DNA from: Smithellaceae bacterium
Lineage (GTDB): Bacteria; Desulfobacterota; Syntrophia; Syntrophales; Smithellaceae
Assembly: GCA_963663295.2 (NCBI GenBank)
Contig: CAXXLA010000002.1
Span: 150,843-214,842, forward strand
Reading direction: 5' to 3'
DNA length: 64,000 nt
Position 1 is the stretch's first letter. Every line of letters begins with the position of its first letter. Both the position numbers and the translations under genes were made by a program. Of this stretch, positions 56,664 through 64,000 are shown piece by piece. The notes beneath the pieces are model-generated. The model made no database searches and had not been told where the DNA came from. It was given only the letters and a program-made list of their open reading frames with translations.

Positions 56664-58634
56664 GTGATCTTTTATTGCGACAAATTGACATGGGCCGCCT
56701 GCCGTAAGGCAGAAAATCTCCGGCGAAGTCTTTGCTTGAACAACAAACTCATCGATCTGCGAGTTCTTGATCCTCTGCCCTCTAAAATAAAGAATACGCT
56801 GATGCTCCATTGTCTGGGCAGGCACTTCAGAATTCAGGAAGAACAATTTATAGCGGGCAGACTCCGGTCGGTTGATGATCAACCCGTTTATATTGCAGCA
56901 AGAAGACTGGCTCATGATGCCGCATTTAAAGCCGCACAATTATTTATAGACAAGTCATCCAAAATTAATAATTTTAACCAATTTTGGAAACGGAATACAA
57001 TACTCCTTAACTTGGCTGAATTTTTTTGGACTGCCGTTAACGAAATCATTGTTCGAATATTTGTGGCCGAGGCATTAATGCGTGAATCCGGGCGGGACGA
57101 TGCTTTGTTACTTATTGCTTTACCCGAATATATTGACCCGACGGTATTTGAAAATTGTTCTGCAATATTAAAAATTGAGTTTTATAAAGAAAGAGGCGTT
57201 CAGCAATTTTATGGTATGCTATGGTTGCTGAGGGAAAATTTAAGAAAATTGAAGTGGATGGTTCAGAAGGGCGGCAAGGACAAACTCAGAATGATCCTGC
57301 CGAATGATAATGAACCCTCTCTTCTCTTGTTACAGGAGGATGAAATATCTTCTGATCGATCATACAGGACACAGCCACATTGGTTTGATCCGGCAAAACC
57401 ATTACAATATCGTACATTAATCCTTAAAACATTTGATGATAATCAAGAAATCAAAGGAAGTCCTGAAAAGTCAGACGAAAAAATATTTTCCATTCATCCG
57501 TCTTCATGGCATTTTTTACCGTCAAACAATAAAAATCAGCATCCGATCGAAAAAAAACTGACAAAGGATTTACGACGCTGCATCCGGACATTAAGAAAAA
57601 GTGAACGGATGGCAATGTTTACGCTCATCCGTCTTTTTTATATGGCAAGAAATCTTGCCGTTTTTTGCCGTGAGAAAAATGTCAGAGCGTTTATGACCTG
57701 TGAGAATTATATGCCCTCTGCGGATGCGATGCAGCTTATTGCGGATCCACTTAATATTCGAACCATATCTTATCAATATTCAAACATGAGTCACGTTGGT
57801 CCCCATATGCTGACAACGGCGGAGCTTATGTTTACTTTTTCTTCTATGTATCATGAAAGGTGGAGTTATCATGATATCAGGCCGGGGAAATTTATTGATG
57901 TCGGATATGTTTTTGACGGCTCGTTTAAATATATACAGGAAAGAGCAAAAATTCTCCGAAAAAAGATGATGGAAAAAGGCTGCCGGTTTATTATTTGTTT
58001 TTTTGATGAAAATGCTTTTGACGGTAAATATGAACTGGTTACCAAAAAAGACTTAGTACAGGAAATTCAATGTCTGTTGACGCGGCTTATTGAAGATTCA
58101 TCATTGGGGCTTGTTATAAAAAATCAGTTTCAATGGAATGCCGTGCAACAGTTTCCGGAAATTGCCGAATTGAGAAAAAAAGCTTTATTAACCGGACGCT
58201 ATGTTGAACTTTCGGTTGGAACAAAGCGAAATATAGTTTTTCCTGCTGAAGCTGCACTTGTTGCAGATATTGTTATCGGGCATGCAGTAGGAGCTACTGC
58301 TCCCCTGGAAGCAGCTTTGGCCGGAGTTCGAACCATTCTTCTTAATCCCTATGAAATGGACAGCAGGAATGATTTCATTTATCGACAGGCGGATATAGTT
58401 TATCACTCGCTCGAAGAAATATTTGATGCTATTGCCGACTTCAGAGCCGGGAAAACAGAACGACTTGCTTTGGGTGATTGGAATCATATAATTGACCGCT
58501 TCGACTCTTTTCGCGATGGAAATGCCGGACAACGCATGAGGGATGTCCTGGATAAGATCATGATTAAACAAGTGATTCCCGAGGCTATTGTGGATAATTT
58601 ACCGGGAGGCAGAGCGGCTGCAGATTACTGCTGA
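56664..58634 (+). CDS. large hypothetical protein (possible GT-B-like sugar transferase)
   Basis: Long ORF, GTG at 56664 and first in-frame ATG at 56802. A CTGCC-GTAA-GGCAG hairpin at 56699..56712 lies in the putative 5' end, so the real start may be downstream. The C-terminal half (FIICFFDENAF...LVIKNQF...IVIGHAVGATAPLEAALAGVRTILLN) looks Rossmann-like. I recognise no family. Confidence 0.5.
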   Translation: MIFYCDKLTWAACRKAENLRRSLCLNNKLIDLRVLDPLPSKIKNTLMLHCLGRHFRIQEEQFIAGRLRSVDDQPVYIAARRLAHDAAFKAAQLFIDKSSKINNFNQFWKRNTILLNLAEFFWTAVNEIIVRIFVAEALMRESGRDDALLLIALPEYIDPTVFENCSAILKIEFYKERGVQQFYGMLWLLRENLRKLKWMVQKGGKDKLRMILPNDNEPSLLLLQEDEISSDRSYRTQPHWFDPAKPLQYRTLILKTFDDNQEIKGSPEKSDEKIFSIHPSSWHFLPSNNKNQHPIEKKLTKDLRRCIRTLRKSERMAMFTLIRLFYMARNLAVFCREKNVRAFMTCENYMPSADAMQLIADPLNIRTISYQYSNMSHVGPHMLTTAELMFTFSSMYHERWSYHDIRPGKFIDVGYVFDGSFKYIQERAKILRKKMMEKGCRFIICFFDENAFDGKYELVTKKDLVQEIQCLLTRLIEDSSLGLVIKNQFQWNAVQQFPEIAELRKKALLTGRYVELSVGTKRNIVFPAEAALVADIVIGHAVGATAPLEAALAGVRTILLNPYEMDSRNDFIYRQADIVYHSLEEIFDAIADFRAGKTERLALGDWNHIIDRFDSFRDGNAGQRMRDVLDKIMIKQVIPEAIVDNLPGGRAAADYC

Positions 58635-60153
58635 AGTCACAGATTCAGGGAACCATCACCGGCTTGGCGAAACGAATAATGGTGCGAAGGGTCAGAGGCA
58701 AATTCGCGATTCGTTTCTGTATATGTTGCCGTTGATTTTTAATAATATTATTCCCTTCCTGACGCTCCCGATATTTACAAGGATTTTAACAACACAAGAT
58801 TACGGTGTTTTATCTCTCGCTCAGGTTTATGCTGTTTTTGTCAGCGGCATTGCCAATTTGGGGATGACTATTTCGTATGAGCGCAATTATTTCCAATATC
58901 AGGGCAACAAACGCGACTCGGCGGCTTTGATCTTTTCTTCTCTGGCTTTTGTAATAATAAATATTTTTATACTTGGAATTTTTACTTATTGCTTCCGGGA
59001 AAGACTGGCCGGCTGGATTATCGGATCACCTAAGTGGGGTGGGGTACTTTTTTGGGCGTTCATTAATAACTGTGTGATGATTTTGGTGGTGTTCTACCAA
59101 TTATCTCTGAGAAATGCCGAAAAAGTTTTCCACTATGTTGGCTATACAGCGGCTATAAGCCTGTTGAATGTAGTTTTTTCTCTTTTTTTAGTAGCCTTCC
59201 TTAAAATTGGAGTTATCGGGCTGGTTTACGCTCAGTTGGTTGCTAATCTTGTGGTCTTTGTAATATTAACGTTTTCGTTCATTTCCCAATTATCATTATC
59301 CTTTAGTTGGCCGATCTTTTTTGATTCTTTCAAAATAAGTTATCCTTTAACACCGAGGATTTTCCTTGGTGCCGTCAATCAACAGTTTGACAAATATATG
59401 ATTGGTTTGATGTCCACTTTGGGAGGAGTTGGCATATATCGCATCGGGCAGCAAATCGCATCGCTTGTATTTTCGTACATGACTCAATTGGAACACGTCT
59501 TTACTCCTCAGACATACCAAAAGATGTTCGAGGGAAAGGACGGGATTGATGAAGCTATTGGGTGTTATCTTACACCTTTTCTTTTTGCTTCCATAGTAAT
59601 AGCTTTGATAGTCTGTCTCTTCTCAGAAGAGATTATTTTTGTACTTACACCCCCGGCTTTTCATGATGCGATCAATATTGTGACTATTCTTTCGATGTTC
59701 TACGGTTTTCTTTTTTTTGGCAAGATCACCGGGATACAACTTATCTTTATGAAAAAAACCTATATTACGTCGCTGTTGTCATTCTCTACGTTGGCATTGA
59801 ATGTAGTTGTAAATATTCCTTTTATAATGAAATGGGGTGCAATAGGAGCGGCCTGGGGAACTATGATCTCCGGAATTATTTCCTGCTCAGTATCATTTAT
59901 AATTGCCCAGCGCTTTTACAAAATCCGGTGGGAGTACAGGGAGATAGGTTCTATTTTTTTAATATTTTTCGGTTCTGCAATAGCGATGATTCTTCTTAGA
60001 TATTTCGATATCTCTTATTTGGTCAGACTTGCAGTCAAGTCAATTTCTTTGGCAGGCTATGCTTATTTAGGAATAAAGTTAAATATTCTAACCAGAGAGA
60101 ATTACCTTCTTGCGAAAAATATATTTTCCGTAAACAGGGGAGGCAGTTATTGA
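58588..60153 (+). CDS. Wzx-type polysaccharide flippase (MOP superfamily)
   Basis: About 12-14 TM helices. N-terminal ...IRDSFLYMLPLIFNNIIPFLTLPIFTRILTTQDYGVLSLAQVY is typical of Wzx / polysacc_synt proteins. Start is uncertain: TTG 58588 overlaps the upstream gene by 47 nt and ATG 58723 would remove conserved residues. Confidence 0.75.
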   Translation: MWIIYREAERLQITAEVTDSGNHHRLGETNNGAKGQRQIRDSFLYMLPLIFNNIIPFLTLPIFTRILTTQDYGVLSLAQVYAVFVSGIANLGMTISYERNYFQYQGNKRDSAALIFSSLAFVIINIFILGIFTYCFRERLAGWIIGSPKWGGVLFWAFINNCVMILVVFYQLSLRNAEKVFHYVGYTAAISLLNVVFSLFLVAFLKIGVIGLVYAQLVANLVVFVILTFSFISQLSLSFSWPIFFDSFKISYPLTPRIFLGAVNQQFDKYMIGLMSTLGGVGIYRIGQQIASLVFSYMTQLEHVFTPQTYQKMFEGKDGIDEAIGCYLTPFLFASIVIALIVCLFSEEIIFVLTPPAFHDAINIVTILSMFYGFLFFGKITGIQLIFMKKTYITSLLSFSTLALNVVVNIPFIMKWGAIGAAWGTMISGIISCSVSFIIAQRFYKIRWEYREIGSIFLIFFGSAIAMILLRYFDISYLVRLAVKSISLAGYAYLGIKLNILTRENYLLAKNIFSVNRGGSY

Positions 60154-61007
60154 TTTCTGATCTTGAAAACTTATGCCTGGTGATACATTGCATTCAGGAT
60201 GGAAAACAGCAAGAGCCGAGGACGCACAGGGAGCTGTTTATTCAACGTGATGATATAGAAGAGCTTATCTCATCACTCAAAATGGAGGGTTATAACTTTG
60301 CTCTCCCCTGCGATGCGGAGAAGTCGGATGCACCGGTGTGCTCACTGACCTTTGATGACGGCTACTTCAACAACAGCTATTTTCTGGAATTGGCTGAAAA
60401 GCACAGTGTTCCCTTTGTTCTCTTTCTGACATCCTATAATATTATTCATCAGATTCCTTTTATATGGGATATTTGGGAAGCTACCAGGACAACAAGCTGG
60501 CGTATTTCATCTTCCAATTATCTCAAACTCTATGAGAGCCTGAGCTCAGATGAAAGAAATCTTTTGAAGACCGACAGCCATCGTCCATTTACTTTGGAGG
60601 AACTGAAAGCTTTCGCAGCCCATCCCATGGTTTGCCTAGCTTTGCATGGCCATACACACCAGCCCACTGTCGGTAAATATCTCAAATGCATGGATGCAGA
60701 AATAGAAAACAACGTCTCCTTCCTTGCGAAGTTTAAAAACGTATCAATTGAAGATTTTTCTCTGCCGTGTGGTCTTTATACGAGAAATATTAAAAGAAAA
60801 ATGCTCAAACGGGTTAAAAGGATTTATACAATAGATGGAGGTGGTTTCTCACCAGGTGAACGTGTTATTCATCGTATTTCCCTGATTAATCCCTATGTTG
60901 GCGGTCCTCTCAGAGATCAAATCCGCAGGTCGTTTAGTATAAAGTCAAGGCTTCTCAGAAAAGCCGTGAATATCCGATATGCCAACAGTCTATTCTATCG
61001 CTTCTGA
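60150..61007 (+). CDS. polysaccharide deacetylase (NodB homology domain)
   Basis: TTG start with a 4-nt overlap (TTGA). Contains SLTFDDGYFNNSY (TFDDG motif), ALHGHTH and a later LPCG segment. Confidence 0.75.
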   Translation: MISDLENLCLVIHCIQDGKQQEPRTHRELFIQRDDIEELISSLKMEGYNFALPCDAEKSDAPVCSLTFDDGYFNNSYFLELAEKHSVPFVLFLTSYNIIHQIPFIWDIWEATRTTSWRISSSNYLKLYESLSSDERNLLKTDSHRPFTLEELKAFAAHPMVCLALHGHTHQPTVGKYLKCMDAEIENNVSFLAKFKNVSIEDFSLPCGLYTRNIKRKMLKRVKRIYTIDGGGFSPGERVIHRISLINPYVGGPLRDQIRRSFSIKSRLLRKAVNIRYANSLFYRF

Positions 61008-62869
61008 TGAAAAGGAAGTTCCTCAATATGTCTTCATTGAAACAAATTGTAATTATATCTAAAGACAGGATTTTACAAGGGCTGCCTGATGATAGCTTTC
61101 GGGGTGATGAATGCTATTATCTCAGTGACGATTATGCGGTTTACTTGAAAATCAGACAAAGGTTTGCTGGTGAACTGAATATTCATTTGCTTGGCCGGAA
61201 ATTTCATGAGGTCATTGACGAGATTTCCACGAAGTTCCTCTCCTTCAGCCACCGTATCAATCAGAAAAATCAATCGTACGCTTTCTGGGGAACGCACCTG
61301 GCATCCAGAAGTTCCGGAACAATACCTTTGCTCAAATATCTGGTTTATTTCTGCTGTGTCAGGAAAATTCTTGAACATACCGAATCTTCCCGGATAGTTT
61401 TTATCAGCGATTCATTCGCTCTTGCAAAGTTAATACAAAAAGAGGCCGCAAAGAGAGGGATAGATTGTCGACTCCATTTGAAATTTTTAGAAAACATAAA
61501 GCCTCTGTGGAATCAGTTTCGTCTTGTTGCCAAAGTTCTATATTCTCTTTTTTTTATGACCTCGCTATGGAGTTATTCCCGGCTTCTGACAAATAAAAGG
61601 ATAGCAGAGGCTGGAGCAGAGGGTAGAAAAAAATATGTTTTCCGAAGCTGGATTACTGCCGGGTCACTGGATACAAAAGGTAATTACCGGGATCGCAATT
61701 TTGGAGTACTGCCGGATCACCTGTTGCGGCAAGGGAACGACGTCTGGATACTGCCTCTTTATTTCAATCTGGACAGAAATATCTTTGCACAGATGCAACT
61801 CATGTCTCGAAGCGGATATCAGTTTTTGTTTCCCGAGCAATATCTTTCTCTTTGGGATATTTTAAGAACGTTGCGCGATAGTGTGCAAAGTCTTTTTCTT
61901 GATCTTGAAGGGTGCGAATTTGAAGGAGACAACGTCCGCAGCCTTATCCGGGAAATGCACTGGTCTGTTTCCCTGCAGCCGTTCCTGCTCTCTTTTAACA
62001 GCATTAAATACCTCATGGAGAAATTGGCAAAAAGAAAAATCAATATAGATCAATTTTTTTATCCGATTGAAAATAATCCTCCGGAAAAACCTTTTATCCT
62101 GGGAGTTAGAAGATATTATCCTCAATCCAGGATCATAGGGTTTCAGCACACGGTCTGGTTTAAGGAACAATTGGGGGTTTTTCTCCTGCCCGAAGAATTG
62201 AATTATCATCCTTTGCCGGATAAGATCATCTGCAGCGGAAAGCGCTATCCTGATATACTGAAAAAAACAGGATTTCCTCCAAGCCTTGTTGTACCCGGTC
62301 CCAACCTGCGTTATACGGCCGTCAATCAGAATCTCAAAATGAATCAACCTGAGGAGACAAGCCTTGGCAGGAAGATCCTGATTATTCTCAATTATGAAAC
62401 GAATCATAACCTCGAGCTTCTGGAGAAAACAAGCACTGCATTGAGGCAACTGGATAAAATTAAAATTTACATTAAAGCTCACCCGACGACTGCCGTCAAA
62501 CGGATGGATGGTTTCCTGGAAAATATTAATTTCCCGGCTTATGAATGGGCTGCGGGCACCGTACAGGACTGGGTTGTCCAGGTTCATGCGGTGATTATGA
62601 CGGGAGGTTCCGTTTCCAATCTGGAAACAATGGCAACAGGCGTACCGCTGATCAGGGTGTCGTTGGAGAATAATTTTGATTTTGATTGCTTGTGGGATGA
62701 ATATCCTTTCGCACCCTTCACTCCTTCCTCCGCGGAAATTTATAATTATTTGGAAAAAGCCCTTCAGATGAATTCTGAGGAAAGGAAAGGGTTGGCCGAA
62801 TTTGGGAGAAGCATTATAAAATATTACTTTGAACCTGTCACATCAGATAATCTAAAAGCATTTTCATGA
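61007..62869 (+). CDS. large hypothetical protein (possible GT-B-like sugar transferase)
   Basis: 620 aa with a 1-nt TGATG overlap onto the deacetylase gene. The C-terminal half (ILIILNYETNHN...IYIKAHPTT...VIMTGGSVSNLETMATGVPLIRV) has a Rossmann/GT-B-like layout. I recognise no family. Confidence 0.5.
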   Translation: MKRKFLNMSSLKQIVIISKDRILQGLPDDSFRGDECYYLSDDYAVYLKIRQRFAGELNIHLLGRKFHEVIDEISTKFLSFSHRINQKNQSYAFWGTHLASRSSGTIPLLKYLVYFCCVRKILEHTESSRIVFISDSFALAKLIQKEAAKRGIDCRLHLKFLENIKPLWNQFRLVAKVLYSLFFMTSLWSYSRLLTNKRIAEAGAEGRKKYVFRSWITAGSLDTKGNYRDRNFGVLPDHLLRQGNDVWILPLYFNLDRNIFAQMQLMSRSGYQFLFPEQYLSLWDILRTLRDSVQSLFLDLEGCEFEGDNVRSLIREMHWSVSLQPFLLSFNSIKYLMEKLAKRKINIDQFFYPIENNPPEKPFILGVRRYYPQSRIIGFQHTVWFKEQLGVFLLPEELNYHPLPDKIICSGKRYPDILKKTGFPPSLVVPGPNLRYTAVNQNLKMNQPEETSLGRKILIILNYETNHNLELLEKTSTALRQLDKIKIYIKAHPTTAVKRMDGFLENINFPAYEWAAGTVQDWVVQVHAVIMTGGSVSNLETMATGVPLIRVSLENNFDFDCLWDEYPFAPFTPSSAEIYNYLEKALQMNSEERKGLAEFGRSIIKYYFEPVTSDNLKAFS

Positions 62870-62884
62870 AACGGAGACAAAATA

Positions 62885-63970
62885 TTGAGCAACAGAAACA
62901 GGAAAAATTGGAAAGTAATTTCGTTCGAAAACAAAGACCTTCCGTCATTGGGACTTTTTTTTAAGAAGCATTTTCGTAGTGCCAGCCAATATGGTTCCAT
63001 GGCGCTGTTTCAATGGAGGGCGGTGGACAATTACATTATGAGGGGAATAATCAATCTGATTAAAGACGGAGACAAAATCGTATCGACATTGAGCAACACA
63101 CCCAAGAGACTTTACGTGAAAGGAGAGGGGTGCCTTGTAGCTGAAATAGGCGACGCAAACACAGATCCTCAATATCAAAGGCAGGGGATGTTAGCACTGC
63201 TGATAAATCAGTCCACCCACGATGCACTGGAACTTGGTATCCAGGGAGTTTACTCGACGCCGGACACCAAAACGCCGTCTCTGCCGGCCTTTATAAATAA
63301 AGCTAATTACCTTCCACAAGAGGGGCTTGATATTGAATCCCTTATTTTCCCATTGAATATTGCTCCTTTAGTTCAAACGCGAGTGCACTGGTTGATCAGT
63401 CAATATGCCGGTTCATTCTTCTTAACGGTCGTTTATTTATATTATCTTATAAAGAAGGGATTAAGGGGGTTACACCAGGGATTGACCGTTGAAGCATTGC
63501 AGAGTTTACCCAATGACTGGGATGATTTTTGGAATGATGCCAGTCGCTCCTATGATTTCATTTTTGAAAGAAGCAGGGAAGCTCTTAACTGGAGGTTTTT
63601 TAAAAATCCCAACAAATTTAAATTTTATGTTTTGAAAGACAAGAATAAAATTGTCGGTTATATGGTCTGTCGGATCATCAACGATGAAGATATTAAAAGA
63701 TTTATTATAGCTGATTATCTATTTCTTCCAGGTTACGAGGATCATTTTAAGGTGCTCTTGCTGAAAGCTTTTGAAGATGCGCTCCACGTCGGAGCCAACT
63801 TAATTTCATCCTGGTGTGTCATCGGAAGCAGGTACTCAGAAATTTTAAAGAAATCCGGTTTTGTTAAACGCAAGAAAATTTTACTCGTGTGGTTTCAGAA
63901 TGAATTTGCACGGATCCTTAAGGGTGAGGGAAAATGGCATTTCACCATCAGTGATTCCGATAATGTATGA
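62885..63970 (+). CDS. GNAT-superfamily acetyltransferase, two-domain (FemAB-like architecture possible)
   Basis: TTG start 7 nt after GGAGA. Has GNAT motif A-like DPQYQRQGMLALLINQS and a second half ...ALNWRFFKNPN.FKFYVLKDKNKIVGYMV. Confidence 0.55.
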   Translation: MSNRNRKNWKVISFENKDLPSLGLFFKKHFRSASQYGSMALFQWRAVDNYIMRGIINLIKDGDKIVSTLSNTPKRLYVKGEGCLVAEIGDANTDPQYQRQGMLALLINQSTHDALELGIQGVYSTPDTKTPSLPAFINKANYLPQEGLDIESLIFPLNIAPLVQTRVHWLISQYAGSFFLTVVYLYYLIKKGLRGLHQGLTVEALQSLPNDWDDFWNDASRSYDFIFERSREALNWRFFKNPNKFKFYVLKDKNKIVGYMVCRIINDEDIKRFIIADYLFLPGYEDHFKVLLLKAFEDALHVGANLISSWCVIGSRYSEILKKSGFVKRKKILLVWFQNEFARILKGEGKWHFTISDSDNV

Positions 63971-64000
63971 TGTGAAAAGCTATGGCCGGATTTTATAAAT

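Noticed and set aside
61862-62587. 241-aa minus-strand ORF inside 61007..62869
   Set aside because: It is antisense within a longer uninterrupted ORF that is translationally coupled to its neighbour. I cannot fully exclude it because the sense gene is itself an orphan, but operon polarity favours the plus strand.
63983-64000. Possible start of a further gene (ATG GCC GGA TTT TAT AAA) at the right edge
   Set aside because: Only six codons are visible, so neither coding status nor function can be supported.
1-64000. Looked for CRISPR repeats, tRNA/rRNA genes, IS elements, integrases, toxin-antitoxin pairs and known defence-system signatures
   Set aside because: I saw none by eye in either strand. 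The window appears to be metabolic plus envelope-glycan DNA without recognisable mobile or defence content. This was a visual scan, not a computed search.

Overview
This 64-kb window looks like bacterial chromosome. The gene content suggests an anaerobic Desulfobacterota-like organism: ETF plus a membrane CCG/FeS oxidoreductase, Hdr-like proteins, an archaeal-type ApgM and many GTG/TTG starts. That taxonomic guess is inference only. I found no rRNA, tRNA, CRISPR array, transposase or integrase. Most short ORFs in the six-frame track are antisense shadows inside long, well-supported genes. Layout: (1) 0-3.3 kb holds a truncated FmdB zinc-ribbon gene and two tandem paralogous outer-membrane beta-barrel porins. 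(2) 4.2-15.9 kb holds acyl-CoA/beta-oxidation genes: acs, etfB-etfA, a membrane ETF-linked FeS oxidoreductase, fadD, an enoyl-CoA hydratase, an acyl-CoA dehydrogenase and then apgM. (3) 16-23 kb holds a carbamoyltransferase-DUF5989-SxtJ module with a divergent SGNH hydrolase, a thiolase and a second AMP-ligase. (4) 23-32.4 kb is a mixed-strand glycosyltransferase / O-antigen-ligase cluster. (5) 32.5-64 kb starts with an EPS-type MarR regulator that has a clear promoter and palindrome. A Wzz-like gene follows, then about 30 kb of tightly packed same-strand glycan genes. These encode a pseudaminic-acid (Pse) pathway: pseB, an RmlD-like::pseC fusion, pseG, pseI, a NeuB/SAF::cytidylyltransferase fusion and several acetyltransferases. 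They also encode tailoring functions (acyltransferase-3, SGNH hydrolases, a second carbamoyltransferase, an AsnB-like amidoligase, a NodB deacetylase, GNATs), a flippase and two large orphan proteins. The most unusual observation is an hdrC-hdrB-hdrA-hdrD-like redox module plus an atypical amidohydrolase at 47.7-52.9 kb. It is translationally packed between pseG/GNAT and pseI, which has no place in the canonical Pse pathway. All functional calls come from motif and family recognition by eye. No database search was run.
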